Shown here: piece after piece, positions 22,811-38,411 of the stretch
Position numbering within the stretch: position 1 is the stretch's first letter
How the letters are laid out: every line of letters starts with the position of its first letter
NCBI RefSeq assembly: GCF_035594765.1
Contig: NC_085842.1
Location: forward strand, 157,183,036-157,247,035
Direction of reading: 5' to 3'
DNA length: 64,000 bases
DNA from: Anolis carolinensis
Taxonomy: Eukaryota
The notes under the pieces: generated by a model
The model's database searches: none
Seen by the model: the letters and a program-made list of their open reading frames with translations, nothing else
What the model was told of the DNA's origin: nothing
Position numbers and translations under genes: made by a program

Positions 22811-22972
22811 TCATTTCTTGTTCTTCAGCTGGTTGGCCAGCCAATCCAAGCCCTCGTAGAGGCCGTCCCCACTCGTGGCGCAGGTGGCCTGGATGTACCA
22901 GTTGCGGTGGCGCAGTGAGTGTAGACCCAGCTTGTCTGTGATTTCTGCAGCATTCATGGCATTAGGGAGGTC
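22811..22972 (-). CDS. ARF3: ADP-ribosylation factor 3, last coding exon
   Basis: [53 protein letters not shown]; acceptor TTTTCCAG; C-terminus diagnostic for ARF3 rather than ARF1. Confidence 0.97.
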   Translation of the reverse strand, partial: DLPNAMNAAEITDKLGLHSLRHRNWYIQATCATSGDGLYEGLDWLANQLKNKK

Positions 22973-25274
22973 CTGGAAAAGAGATGAGAAAACAAGAAGG
23001 AATGAGAAGGAGGACAGGGTTGCACAATGGTCAGGAAATGGGGGACTGCACTGGCTAGCTATGGGACCCTCGAGGTTCATCCTGCTCCATACCCAATTTT
23101 GAAATCTGTAATCTTTTCTAAAAAGTAGAATGTTTTGCCCAAAAGGTTCCACATACCTCTGGAGAGTGAAAATATTGCCTCTTTTTTGACAGCCCGCAGT
23201 TTAGACTTTTTGAAAAACCTCCTGCTCACTTTTTTAAGTTCTGAGGGTTAAAATATGACTCAGGGGACATACTTGCCTTATCCCAAGACTTACTGCTATT
23301 TCAAGGTATTCAAAAATAAATGAAAAAAGAGAAAGCGCTCTTTATTAAAAACAAGCGCACTTTCAGTAATTGCTTCTTCCTTTGCAGTCACTGAAGCATT
23401 TGTAGATGATACTATACGCATGGCCATGCTGGCCAAAGCTTAGAGAAATTTTGTTCTGGGTTACAGCTCTCATTATTGCCCATGTTTCCAGTTTATTGAT
23501 TTCCTTTACAAAAAAGGTAACCTTTCGAAGGCCTGATCCTGCCAGACTCATCATGTCCACGAGGCACCTTTGGCAGAAAGAAGTCTAGTTTTTGCTGATG
23601 ATGTTGGATCAGTTTGTTGCTAGTTTATTTGGTCATTCAAGAAAGAATATCTCTCCTGACCCATCTCAGCCTCTTTGTCAGGTCTTTCCATAGTAGTCAA
23701 TGCCTACAATAGAATGGGCTTTATATATTTTGGGTAAATAAATGTAATTTGTACTCCAAGGAAGCTTGAGGGTATTTTCTGATTTAAATCATTTGTTTTG
23801 CTCCTTCTATTTATAGGAAAACACAGTACATAGAAATCATACTAACTGAAGGCCACATGATACTCCACTACCACCACACTTTGATTGTATAAATACTATC
23901 AAATATTAACAGTTAAATAATAATTATTACATTTATAAATGCACTATTACATTCATATCCTACTTTCCTCCAATGAGCTCAATATCTATTTATTCAAATA
24001 GCTCACTACTACCTCCCAGTCTTATCTTTGAAACAAGCTGATGAGGTAGACATGGGAAACTGAGTGAAATAGATCCAAGGTCATCCAGCAGGTTTAAATA
24101 GCTCAGTGGACGCTTGGACCTGGATCTTTCATATCCTAGCTCCTAGACTGTAGGAACTACACCACATTGGCTTCCATCCAATCTGAGATTTCATGTCAGG
24201 ATTCTCCATACACTACTACATTGACAAGGAAGCACTACTTGCCAAAGCAATTGTGACAAAACACCTACAATACGGATTAGTTGACCAATTAGTTACATAG
24301 TGCAGTTTACTGAATAATGCAATTATCTAATTATAATAATAACAACAACTTTATTTATAGACTGCCCTCTCTCCCCGAGGGGACTCAGTGGTTTACAAGG
24401 CAAACATTCAATGCCATAGTCAACAAAAATGCACAAATCAGAACAATACAAAATAGCATCAATAAACTTATATTAACAAGAGAAAATAGAAATAAAATGA
24501 TCTACCTACTCCTGTCACATTTTGCCACTGTTGATACAACAGTAGTTATTATTATTGCCATATTTATTTATATCTAAGTTTCCTCCAAATTCAAAATGCA
24601 AAGTAGCTTATGAGAGTTAAAATATAAATACCTGCAACCATCACCTAAAGGATAAGATGACACGGAGGTCACTTATGATGCCCTCCTGTTTAGAACTTGC
24701 TTCCCTGACAAACTTGCCTGGCACTTATAAGTGAAATATTTGCAGTATAGAGCAAATACTGTTTTATCCTCCCCAGTTTTTAAAGAACTTTAAAATTACA
24801 CCTGATTTTTAAAAGGTTGTGCTATTCATCATATTATCAATATAATTCTGCCCTTAAGTTGCTATGAAAACTGTAGCTGGGAGGGTAGTATAGAAATGCT
24901 TCAAGAAAATACTATTTTAACAATTCGTTTAGAAATTGTTCCCATGTTCTAAAATTTAATTTGTTTCCGCTAGTCCAGTGGGGGCAATAAGACACAGACA
25001 GAATACTCATATCTGGCTTGTGATTTTTTATATTTATCCTTTTATTGAACTACACAGATCATTACAATAATTAATTTTTACTCAGTTCTCCACCCAGTAC
25101 CAATCTATGTGTTAAATAGAACATCCAGAGCCCTGAATACAAAATTCTGGAATACAAAAGTCTGTTCACCTTATACATTGTTGTTGTTATTATTATTGCT
25201 GCCCCACTTTATCTCCCCAAAGGGGACTCAAAGCGGCATGACAAAAAACCATTGGTATCCAATTTAAAATATAA

Positions 25275-26006
25275 CTAGCTGTACCTTGCCACGCATTGCT
25301 GTGGCCCAGTCTGGTTCAATAAAAAAACTCAGAAATTCAGAAAAGAGTTCTTTCTCCCACCCTGAATCTTCCACAGATTTATAAAGAGAAGCCTCCCAGA
25401 GGATGGTAAAACATGTGGGTGTCCCCTGGGTAACATTCTTGCTGACAGCCAGTTCTCTCAGATCAGAAGTGGCAGGGCTATTTGATGCTAACACCTCCCA
25501 ACAAAGGATTCCCCCAGGCAGGAAGTAGCCAGGGTTTGAAGCAGCAAAGCTATGTAATGCTAATCAAGTTGGCCAATTGGAACACTCACATTTGCCTGTA
25601 GGAGAAAAGAGTTCTTTCTCCCACCCTGGACCTTTCACAGATATATAAAGAGAAGCCTCCCACAGAATGGTAAAACATCCTGGTGTCCCCTGAGTAACAT
25701 CCTTGCTGACTTCCAATTGTCTCACACTAGAACCGGCTTGCAGTTTCTGAAGTCGCTCCTGACACCCTTTCCATAGTTAGGCCTCAGAGCCTTGGACTTG
25801 CGTAATTCCTCGTGAATGGTGAGGAGGCGGACCTAGCCTTCCCTTGCAGCCTCACCCACACCAGTTGCTTGCAGTTTTTGAGAGTAGGCTTAAAACGCAC
25901 GGCAGTTCAAATGCTATATTGTATCCAAATTTCATAGCATTCAGTGGAGTTATTTGGGAGATATGAGGTCCCTCACTGATGGACATTACATTTTTATTTA
26001 TATAGA
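25275..26006 (-). mobile_element. Non-autonomous Helitron in ARF3 intron 4
   Basis: Minus strand 5' TC (26006) and 3' CTAG (25275), subterminal hairpin GCCACGCATTGCTGTGGC (25288-25305), inserted at A|T. Confidence 0.75.
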
Positions 26007-27617
26007 TTAAAACAGAATTAAACAGCATTAAATTTTTCAGTTAAAAACCATCAGAACATATTCAAAGTGAAAAACCATAGTATCCCCTGACTAGATCTTA
26101 AACACCTTCATTTTTAAATGCCTGTTTGAATAAAAAGATTTTAACCTGCTGCCGGAAGGACAGTAGGGAGGGGGCTGTTATGACTTCCCTGAGCAGTTAG
26201 TTCCAGGGTTAGAAAGCTCGCTCTCTTGTTCCCACCAACTACACTTGAGGTGGGGGTGGGACCAAGAGAAGGACCTCTCCTGAAGATCTAAGTGTCCAGG
26301 CAAGTTTGTACAAGGGAATGCGGTCAGTCAAATAGCCTGAACCTGAACTGAATCTAGGTTCTGTTTTTGAGGAGCAGTAGTCAGTATAGCTAGGGAAGGA
26401 AGCAGAAGCATGTTTACCTTTCAGCTAGCCTACCAGTCTTATGTCTGTTTCATATCTACTACACCCTCAATCTTATTGCATGAATAGGAAAAAAGGTCTT
26501 TTCTGAGGAGGAGGAATTCAGGTCCCAAATTCAGTATCAATTACAACATGCACACAATTATATCTCAGTATTAACTACCAAACTTCTACATCGAGTGGGA
26601 AGTCAGGAATATTAGAACACCAAAAACAATCACCCTGTTCTCTGTACTCATGTTCATATTTTTTATCGTTATCACAACACTAGGTTACTTATTTCTGCCA
26701 CTGGAATTAAAAAGACATCATTTTCAAAATTCTGATCACCATTGGGCAGATCCCAGTACACACTCCAGGGCTTTGTGAATGTTAAGATACCTCATGAGCA
26801 TGGAGGTATGTGGCGATTATTTCATATTGATAATCACAATACATAAAGATGTTCACCTATATACAGTATCTGATGTCAATTAATTAACCTTTAACATGTA
26901 GGCTATTCCATCTCCTTCAATATCACCTATTTAGTGAAATAGATAGCCCAGTTATGAGAAAAAAATCAGACATTGTTTACCAAGCCCACAGAGATGATGT
27001 GGTAATACTGGCCCATGCCCAAGTGTCTCTAGAATGTGTGCATATCTCACATACCCCTAGAATACAATGTTCACCATCCACTATCATGTGCTATGCTGGC
27101 GAGGGCTGATGTGAACTGGAATCCAATAACTTCTGGGAAACTACATATTTTCCATCCATTCCCTATGAGGGATTGAAGAACTGTAGTAAGGCCGAGGGCA
27201 ATTTTTGGTGCCGGTAGAAGTCCTGAGGACCATCCTTCTTTTGGTTTAATTGTATTTTTAAAAAATTATTTTTAAAAATGTTTAAAAAACAGTTGCAGAT
27301 TGGTATAGTGTACTGTGAGACCTGTGCCTGAGGATGGCGCTGTGGCAGAGCTTGTTCCCACCTTTCATTGGGGCTAGGAACCACATGCAGTTTGTAGTCC
27401 AAATTCTACATTTTCCTTGTCCCTGCGCTAGAGGACAAGGCAATAAATAGCACTAGTATCATAAACCCAGAATAGGAAAATTTTCTCCAAAGCTCCATGC
27501 CAGAAAGACCTCCCCTTCCTAACAAGAAAAGAAAATTAGACTGGATGGAATTCTTGAGAAGTCAAGATCAGCACAAAAAATATGCCCAGCACCCACCTCT
27601 TAAGTTTCCAAGGTTGA

Positions 27618-27983
<366 letters not shown>

Positions 27984-30067
27984 TCAAAAAGCGGCTTTTT
28001 GCTAACAAGGCATAAAGAAAAAAGAGGGTGGAACTCGGATTTGTCTACACCAGAACCATAAAAGAATGGGGCTGCAGGAGCTCTGGGGCTTATAGTGGAC
28101 AGAAGCATTTAAAAGTTCTAGCAATCAGGAAGTGCACAAATGCAAACCAATCTACAATCTCTTGTTTATCCACTGGAAATAGGAAGATATGTTTTCTCCC
28201 AGGAACATGAAGGAATGAACATCTCTTCTACTAAAGAAGAGAAATGTATTAAATAGGGGAAAAAAACAAATTCCTCAACTAAGTAACTGTGTTAGCATTC
28301 TTTTCCTGCCTTTTTCAGCAATTAATATTATTGGACTGTCAATGACTATATTTCCCTACAAAATATAAATATCTGTATTATCCTGGTTTTAAAATTTTAG
28401 GTCTAGGATTATGGCCTGAATGGAAACAGAAGTTTAAAAGTCCATGAATATTATCAGATTACAGACTGTCCCCAATAACATTTATTTTATTTACTGTATT
28501 TTTACCCCGATCTATCTCAACCATGAAGGTGACTCAAAGAGGCTTCCAAACTGGCAATAATTCAATGTCGCATTAAAACATAAAAACAAATAAAATACAA
28601 AATACACAGTGGATTAAAATCAAAACAGTAACATATAAATACATTTAAAATAAACAGTTAAAAACATAGCACATGGTCCCGGGCCTGAAATCATAGTCCA
28701 AAGCTGATCCAATCATATTACATTAACCTTGTAGCTACATATTGCACTGTAACTACTCTAAAAACACTTGATTCCATAGGCAAGTTTTAACTTTCTTTCT
28801 GAAGGACAGGTAGGAGCATCTGACCTACATCCAACTCCTGGTTACAAATATGGCAGTGGCACAAGATGGGCCCCAGCAGCGGACACACCAACCAGTAGCT
28901 AACGTTGGGCCTTTTGCAGTAGTTTAAGTATTTACATACACAGATAAAAATAAATAAAATGTTAAGACAAACACCTGTCCGGAGTTACACTTAAAAATTT
29001 GCCTGTTCCACCTTACATATAAATTCAGCTTAAGATTAAACCTACCCAACATATCTTGTCTGTAACATGGGGACTGCCTGTATAAGTTAAACAACACTTA
29101 TAAAATGTGAATTAAACCAAAGCTTTTGGATCACAGGCTGAATGTCTTTAACAAGAATGGAAGTAGAGTAAACCTAAGAAACAGAAGACTCATTGATGTT
29201 TTCTGGATCTATGCAATGTTAAGTAAACCACAGATGTCTTAACATGCAGAGCTGGAAATGATCCCATGGAGCATATTGTCCAGCCTTGCTTTCAACTCAA
29301 TCTGAAGCAAGTCATCTTATACCGATCTTGAATAGTTCAAAGATAGTCCCAATTTCTTTTAATAATGTGTATTTACTACATTTTCGACAGAGTAGGAACA
29401 ACTGGAGTGAATTCTTAATTCACTACAGAGGAGTTGATTATTTAAAAGGTTTGTCCTAATCTGCAGAATTACATCTACTAGACATCTAATCTACCCTGAA
29501 GCATTCAACAAGAACTTTCCAGTTTCTTTAGCGCTTTTACTTACCAAGGACACCTGAATTTTAACCTTAATCTAACTCTCATGTAGTTTCTGCCAGCTCC
29601 ATAATTTGAGCCTCAGCCATGTCTAAGATCATCACAATAAAAGAAATTCCAGATTTTTAAAATACATTTCTACTGATTTTTCTCACTGCAAACATATCAT
29701 TAAATTTTAATTTTGGACAGAGGATGGGAAATGTGTGGCTCTCCACATGTTGTTGGACTACATCTCCAAGCAGCCCCAGTTAGCTGAACCAATGGCAAGC
29801 AATTCTGGGAGTTGCAATCAAACAATATCTGGACAGTTGTACCTAGCTGACTTCTGATTTAAACGACTGCTTCTCCTTGGATGAAAAGAGGCAAAGGTTA
29901 ACCATGTACTCTGTTGATATACCTCTGAAAAAACATCAAGACTGGTTCAAGTGAGTTCACAGGCTGTTGATTTCAAAATGAAAATAAACCCCAAGACCCG
30001 TTAGCATAAAAGGAGGGTAGTGTGAAGGGAATAAAGGCATAAAGGAAGACACTTTGGATATAAATTA

Positions 30068-30208
<141 letters not shown>

Positions 30209-31291
30209 TCATTAGTAAGTTCCACACAGCAGGGAACTCAGCTATCCTGGGAGTCTAAAGGGAGTCAAAAATTATTGATCATACAAAGGTACCAAAGGGG
30301 AGGAATCAACAATAGATCTCACATAGATTGTAGCCAATTTGAGTCATTTCAGCATATAAATAGGGGTGCTCTAGGTTCAAAGATTTGATGGGCAGATCTT
30401 TTTTTGCCTTTTTGCCAGTTTCTAGCATGATATTGAAAGGCGAGGTTCTTCAGCTGACAACTGCAATTTTTAAAAAGTTCTGTAATTTCAGCATTCACCA
30501 GTAAAAAAAGCCACTATCAAGCTCCTTCTATGGGTGGTGCTGAAGAACATATTGAAAAAATATATCACTTCTGAAGTTTGAGTCTCAGCTAAGGATCACC
30601 AGTGAAGTTTAAGTAACCATGGGATCTAGTGTTGTTCGTACTCTCCATAATAAACCCCCATATCCAATATAACTCCACAGAAGTAGGATATGCAGTTCAT
30701 GAAATACTACAGCTATGCAATCTGCCCTCTTCCAAAAGGTCCTGGGATGATCCTTGTCAAAGCACAAGACTCGAACAGCAAAAATGTGCATTTAAATGTG
30801 CTTGCAAATATCACTAGTTTTCCCTTTTTTCTATATTTAAAGCCATTGGAAATTAGGACAATGCTGTGCTTTCAAAGTTCTCTTTGCACCTGTAAAATTG
30901 GCTTGTTTTCTTCCCACTCCCCCAGGCAAAATCCACTTGACAATCTTGTTGTAATGCAGATAATACAATGATATGTAGAGTAAATACCCATAATGGCTGA
31001 AATTGAGTCTCAAATTTGAGATGCAATATTTCTTTAAATAAGAACTGCTTGAGGGACAAGAACAACAAAAACAGGGGACTAGCCTCCATCTCTTTACTTG
31101 TGTTACTCCAGGAAGAAACTGGATGGACATGGATGCAAGCAGGAATCCAGACTAGATGCCCATGGGGTTATTCTCATGTCCTTTAGGATAACTGACAGAA
31201 TATGCCTGGAGGGCTGGATTAACAATCATGTTGGTTTACTGTTTGCATACAATTCCACTCTTAACTCAGAGCAGAACTTAACCACTTAGAT

Positions 31292-31420
31292 CAGTGGTTT
31301 TCAATCTGGGGTCCCCAGGTGTTTTTGGCCTTCAACTCCCAGAAATCCCAACAACTGGTAAACTGGCTGGGATTTCTTGGAGTTGTAGGCCAAAAACATC
31401 TGGGAACCCCAGGTTGAGAA
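31292..31420. mobile_element. hAT-like MITE (also 54912-54985 and 61600-61724)
   Basis: CAGTGGTTYTCAAYCTGGGGTCCCC... inverted ends and palindromic body shared between copies. Confidence 0.65.
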
Positions 31421-31903
31421 CTTAGGTGAACACCAAGCTGAAATCAGTAAATATTCCTTTCTTGTTTTTTTTAACTACAACTCCCAGAATCCCCCAGCTG
31501 GAATTTTAGGAGCTGCAGTACAAGAAGTATTTCTCCCAGCTGTAGACTCTGCTCCAAACATAGCCCCTTCCAAAGCTGGAAATGAAACTTGGGAGCCCAA
31601 TAATAAATCAAGTCTGGACAAGTTACTAACTGCAGGCAGGATTGTGTGGGTATATGTGTGCACTTAAGTTTCACTTCTGATCTAGCTGCTCCCAGTTCTG
31701 TGAGTCATACTCACTGAGCCTGCTGTGTCCTTCCCATTAGGACAGGAAAAGACTAGTACAATGACAGAGAAACTGTTTTAATGTATTAGACCACCTCTAT
31801 CTACCAGTTTTCTAACAACTGGGACTTAATGACAGGTACAGTTAAGGTAAGTAGGATGTCAAATGTCTCTGAAAACAGGGTGCTTGCTTACATTGCTGAC
31901 CTA

Positions 31904-32191
<288 letters not shown>

Positions 32192-35100
32192 TCAAAGGAC
32201 AAGTCCTGTTAAGACAGAAATAGTCATTAAATGGAGAAAGAATGCTTCCTCCTAGCACGCCTCAGGAGAACAGATTTTGAGACTATCCAGCCAAGTATTC
32301 ACAGGGCTATCACTGGAACTAGTAGCTCTTCGGGTGCTAATAACTATGCTCAGAATCCTGTTGGTGTCTGTCAGTGTAGGTGGTATCAGAAGAAAAAAAG
32401 ACAGCATGTGTAGTATTTAAGAAACAAAGCACTGAATAAATAAGTACCCCAGAAAAAGGGCAAGCCCTAGCTCAGTGCATCAAGAAGGTTCATTCTCTCC
32501 TTCCCATCATTCATAACTATGGGTTATTCTGGCTGGAGATGATGAAAGGTGGAAGTCCAAAAACATCTGGAAGGCCATAGTTCCCCTACATTAGCAGTTT
32601 CTACTTGCTCACAGGTACCTCATCAAAATATGCTGAATTACCCATCTTTCAATCATATCTACAAATTTAAACCTTTTTAGTGGCTCAGGTTGAAGCACAA
32701 GACATCAAATGACACACTCAGCAGCTATATCACCAAGTGTGCAGTAAACAGACTCTACTTGAAAAGTTTTGATACAAGGAGATATGAAGGTTATTTCCAT
32801 AGGCAGGGCATCTGTCATAGTTCATTCACACATGCATATTGTTACATTTAATATGGAGCTAGGAACCTCTTGGAAAACCAATAAAATTATGTTTCTAGCG
32901 AGACAGTTAAAAAAAAAAGCCCTGAAAGCTACACTTTCTGCACATTAAGCCAGCCTTGAAAATAAAAAACTCAGAGGTTAATAGCCTGAAATATTTTCAC
33001 AGTATCTTGTCCACCTACACAATTTTGTTATTCATCCACTGCACCTGCAACAGCCAGAAAGATACACACTCTTTTTCGAGTCATGGAGCCTTCCCAGGCA
33101 GTCACTGGGAGGCTGTTCTAATCAACCATAGGAAAGAAGGTAAATGGATCCTTAGAATCCTTGCTGTTTCTCTGATTTCCCCTGCATGGTCACAGAAAAC
33201 TATTCCCAATTAAAGGTTCATCACTGAGGCTGCATCTCAACTTTTATATCTCCAGTGACACTACCTGTAGCACAGCCAGTATGTTAAGGATGCTAGTTGT
33301 TATAGTCCATTTATATGGAGGGCCATAATTTCCCTGCTCATGCCTTAAAAGGGCTCTTCGTTTAATAGTGAAATCTGCCACAAATACAGACACTGAAAAA
33401 TGGCATATGGGAAATTTGCATTTCTAAAAATGTGTTTAAATGAATTAGCCACATACTAAATCAACACTATAGTAGCCAGTCTGGTAGTTTTTGTTCTGTT
33501 TCTCCCCCAAGCAATGGATCATGCACGTATCTCTTATTTGTGAATGAGGAAGGCAGGTTTCAACTACAGTGAGCTGAGTACTTTACCCCAGCCCCAGCAC
33601 TTTTTGCACAAGCCCATGGCCAGACCTCTACAATTTCTGATTTTGCCCACCTTGTCCCCTTGGTTGAGTTATCTGATGTTTGTTTTGATTCATTTTAGTG
33701 GTTGTTTTTATATTCTGCTGTTTTTAATTGTTTTAACCAGATTGTTATATGCATATTGTGTTTTAAATGTGTTTTTAGTTCGTATACTTTGTTTTACTGG
33801 GCTTAGTCTTGCTTGTAAACCACCCCCAGTCCCTTCAGGGAGATGACGGCAGGATATAAAAATAACGTTGTTGTTATGGTTGTTGTTGTTATTATTATTA
33901 TTAAACTGGAAGTAAGCAATTTGGTCTAATTTAAGTGGAAGTGGGAACTGTGGATCTCCCCAAATATTACTAAACTGGAACTCTTGCCCACCCTAGCCAT
34001 TGCAGGCAGCCTAGCACTTCTGGAGGGCGCCATGATTTCCATCCTTGGTTTCCAGTATCAAAAGTTTCCCCAGCTGAAAACACAGGAAGCATTTCCAGAA
34101 AACACAAGCAGTCTGTAATGCCATAGATAACATCCAAGAACTAACATTACTGAACCAGGTAAACAGAAGCTGCTTATGGACAATTATATCTCCTATGAAG
34201 ATTTATCATATTATGCTAACTTAACATTTTTGAAGATTCAAAGAAAAATGAATGTATCAAAGATTAGTTTTCTGTTCATTTTTAATCCTTCTAGTTTTGC
34301 TATCTTTTTCAAGAAATGTCTTCATTAAGAGTATTAGGACCAAAGACAGCTGAGAAGGGGAGGGGGGGGGGACCTGTGCAAGTTGGTTATAAATGGGGAT
34401 TAGTAACTGAGCGTCTTTAGACCAACACCAGAATTATAGGTGCCAGCTCAAAAGCTTAAGACACCAAATAAAGGGGGTAATGGCTGTGACATTGGGACAG
34501 GCTATCAGGCCATACCAGGGGAAGCATCTAGAAAAGCTAGTTATAATAAAACTCTCCAGAATCTTCCAATTAATATGGACACTGGGTGTTGTACTCCATG
34601 AAAAAGCCAAGTCTTCCAAACATTGGCGACAATGTTCTCAGTAGCTATTTTATGAGCTAAACACTGATGACTGTCCAGCAAAACTATTTGCTCACTTGAT
34701 ATCTGGAAATTAGAGTACAGAGAGATCATGCACTAAGGTGTTATTCACAACCTCCGGCTCATCAACATGCATAATGCAAGTTGAGGCCCAGATTCCTCTT
34801 CCTCCACACCAGAGTGGCTGGCTATAGAACTGAGCCAGAGGTGGCGTGGAAGCGATTATTTGGTTTCAATTTAAAAAATAGTTCTTATGAGAACAAATCC
34901 TCCCTAATTAAAAATCAACAACATATTGTATATGCATATATAATCTGTCCCAAGTGCCTTTCCTTTCATTGTATACTTCATGGCAGCAGAACTCAACTAA
35001 ACCTTGTATACATGCAGTTCATTCGACAATCTGTACGGCACAAATGGGTAACTATAAAAAGAGCATAGGTCAATCCCCCCCCCCCGCCCCCCAAAATGGG

Positions 35101-36985
35101 TTGCCGTTTGTCCTTTAAGAGCACCGGAAGTACTATCACATCACTCCAAGTTTCCACCTTGGGCACATTTTTGTTTGATATACTGGGAGGGGGAGAATAT
35201 ATCTGTCATATATGTGGCTAGTTTTGAACTGTACTAGTTTGTTTTCAACCGAAATGTTGTCTGATAAACCGCTTATTAAAACATTAAGGGTTGAACAACT
35301 TCTGAAGGTTAAAGGGGAGCTTCAGGGGGCATAAAAGTGGTCCTCAGGGACTGCATGTGAGCTGTTAGCAACACTTTCCCCATTCCTGCTGTAAGAACAG
35401 AGACTGAAAACAGAGGTACTCATGCCCCTAATTTTCTTCCCTCCACTAAGTCCTCTTGTGTTTGGAAAAAGAGATCAAGGAGGGCAAACCGTGGTGGAAA
35501 TGTTAGTTAGCCCACTCTATACAATTACAAACAAAAATCAACAGTGAAGATAACTAAAAATGCATCCCCTAACTTTCTGGTAGTTAGTGGAACAGGTTGA
35601 GATCAAAATGTTTAGAAACTATTTATATAATAAGTACAGAGTCTTTTTGCTGGCCAGAGAGAATAACTGAATAAACTGACAACTGGTATAATTCAGTATG
35701 ACTTTTAGTGTCATTAGTTTAAGAATGGGGACAATTCCCAGTATGCCACTGCAAGAGAGGGCATGCGTTTCTGAAAGATGGGGAGTAAAATATTTGAATT
35801 TAAGATGAAGTATGCATGTTTCCATAAGGATGCACCTGACTTGAAGGATGTTTCCTTTCTAAATACTTTTGGAACCATGCAACTTGCGTATCCTGTTCTC
35901 ATTCAGGGTTAACCTGAATTCCAAGGTGCCATGAATAAGAGAAGGCGCCTAGATGAGACCTATGTTTGCACAGTGAACAGGATTCAAATCCAGGGAGAGT
36001 GCTTGGGGCTAGGCTAAGTTTGACATTACACATCACAGCCCAGGCATATAAGGGATCTTTTCTCCTGCATAACAATATAGAAAGGCAGAATGGGCCAAAG
36101 GAGACACAAACACACACACGTGCCAGGCACTGCCCATCACACAAAGAATGCCAGGCAAGCCCCATACTGGCAGCAGCAGTCCTCATTATCCCCTCCCCCA
36201 AACGGGTGGCTTCCAGCTGTGCCGGGAGACGTCACTGATGTTCCCATAACTTTAATTTTGAATGTGTTTTAATGGTTTTTAACTGGGAATTTTTAATACT
36301 GATTATATTTATTACTGTTTTAATGCTCGCATATTTGTATATTTTTAAATTGTTATGCTGTTGCTTTTATGTCATGCCTCTTTGAGCCTCCTTCGGGAGA
36401 GATAAAGCAGGGTATAAAGAAATATAATAATAATGTCCCTCAGCTGGTTATGCTCTACATGGGAACTGCAGTCCATCCTAAGACAGAACTATATACCTTC
36501 AGAGGTGGCATGGACACATCCTAGGATCTCCCCCTCTTTGGGTGTTGCTGGTTAGCACTGGAGCCCTTTCCTCTCTCTTAAAAAAGAGTCTCGAAGTGGT
36601 GAATGATGATAAAAACAATATTGTATGCCACATAAAATCTAAACCCGTAGAGACTAAGGAGGCTTCAGTATTGCAGCTTTTTCCGACGTGGTGGCTTCCA
36701 GCCATGGTGGGAAACGTTGCTGCGATTCTCTACTCCACATGGAAACTGCGGTCCATATAACCCAGGCATGGGCAAACTTTAGCCCTCCAGGTGTTTTGGA
36801 CTTCAATTCCCACAATTCCTAACAGCTTACTGGCTTCAAACATGCCACATCCCCTGTCAGGGGCTGCTGTGGTTTTTAGTTTTGAATATATTTCTGTGGG
36901 TATTAACTGATTTTTAAAATACCAATGATATTTAATCCTGTTTTAATGTTTGTATATTTGTAGATTTTTAAATCATATTGAAATA

Positions 36986-38303
36986 GGTGTCTGTGAGTAT
37001 TCCGGGCTGTATGGCCATGTTCCAGAAGCATTCTCTCCTGACGTTTCACCCAAATCTATGGCAGGCATCCTCAGAGGTTGTGAGGTTTGTCGGAAACTAA
37101 TAAAGTGGGGTTTATATATCTGTGGAATGTCCAAGGTAGGAGAAAGAACTCTTGTCTGTTTGAGGCAAGTGTGAATGTTGCAATTGGCCACCTTGTTTAA
37201 CATTGAATGGCCTTTCAGCTTCAAAGCCTGGCTGCTTCCTGACTGGGGGAATCCTTTTGTTGGGAGGTGTTATCTGGCCCTGATTGTTTCCTGTGTGGAA
37301 TTCCACTGTGTTGCTCTTTATTTACTGTCCTGATTTTAGAGTTTTAAAATATTTTGTAGCCAGATTTTGTTCATTTTCATGGTTTCTTCCTTGCTGTTGA
37401 AATTGTCTACATGCTTGTGGATTCCAATGGCTTCTCTGTGTAGTCTGGCATGGTAGTAGTCGTCCCGCATTTCTGTGTTTTCAAATAATATGCTGTGTCC
37501 AGGATGGTTCATCAAGTGCTCTGTTATGGCTGACTTCTCTGGTTGAGTTAGTCTGCAGTGCCTTTCATGTTCCTTGATTCATGTTTGGGCACTGCGTTTG
37601 GGGGTCCCTATGTAGTCAGCCATAGTAAAACACTTGATGAACCAACCTGGACACAGCATATTATTTGAGAACACAGAACTGCTGGACCACTTTAACAAAC
37701 ACCATGTCAGTCCACCAGAGAAGCCATCGAAATCCAGAAGTATGAAGACAATTTCAACAGAAAGGAGGAAACCATGAAAATGAACAAAACCTGGCTATCA
37801 GTATTAAAAAACTCTAATGTCAGGACAGTAAATAAAGAAAACCACTTAGAAAACAGAGGAATTCTAGACAAGAAACAATCAGGACCAGCTAATCACCTCC
37901 CAAGAATGGATTCCTCTAGCCAGGAAGCAGCCAAGCTTTGATGCTGAAAGGCCATTCATTAAGGTTAAATTGGTTAAAATGTACCTGATGCATTTTGGGG
38001 GAGGTGGGAACCCTTAACCCCCCCTCCCTCTGGCTACAGCCCTGTATTCAATTCTAATCAAGGTGGCCAACTGGAACATTCACACTTGCCTCAAACGGAC
38101 AAGAGTTCTTTCTCCCACCCTGAACATTCCACAGATATATAAACCCCACTTGCCTTGTTTCCAGCATACCTAATTGACTCTGAGGATGCCTGCCATAGAT
38201 GTGGGTGCAACATCAAGAGAGAATGCTTCTGGAACACATGGTCATACAGCCCGGAAAACTCACAGCAACTCAGTGATTCCGACCATGAAAGCCTTTGACA
38301 ATG
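36986..38303. mobile_element. Penelope-like element, two truncated copies in inverted arrangement (switch at ~37614)
   Basis: GIY-YIG C-terminal remnant (HLMNQPGHSILFENT..REAIEI..NFNRKEE) on both strands; pLTR at both ends; TATTGAAAT duplication at 36976-36984 and 38304-38312. Confidence 0.85.
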
Positions 38304-38373
38304 TATTGAAATGCTTTTAATGCAAGCCACTTTGAGTCTCCTAGTGGAGGGAAAAAGTGGGGTGTAAATAAAC

Positions 38374-38411
<38 letters not shown>

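Noticed and set aside
22182-22844. 220-aa hydrophobic ORF overlapping the ARF3 stop
   Set aside because: Low-complexity T/G-rich 3' UTR sequence; no domain recognised
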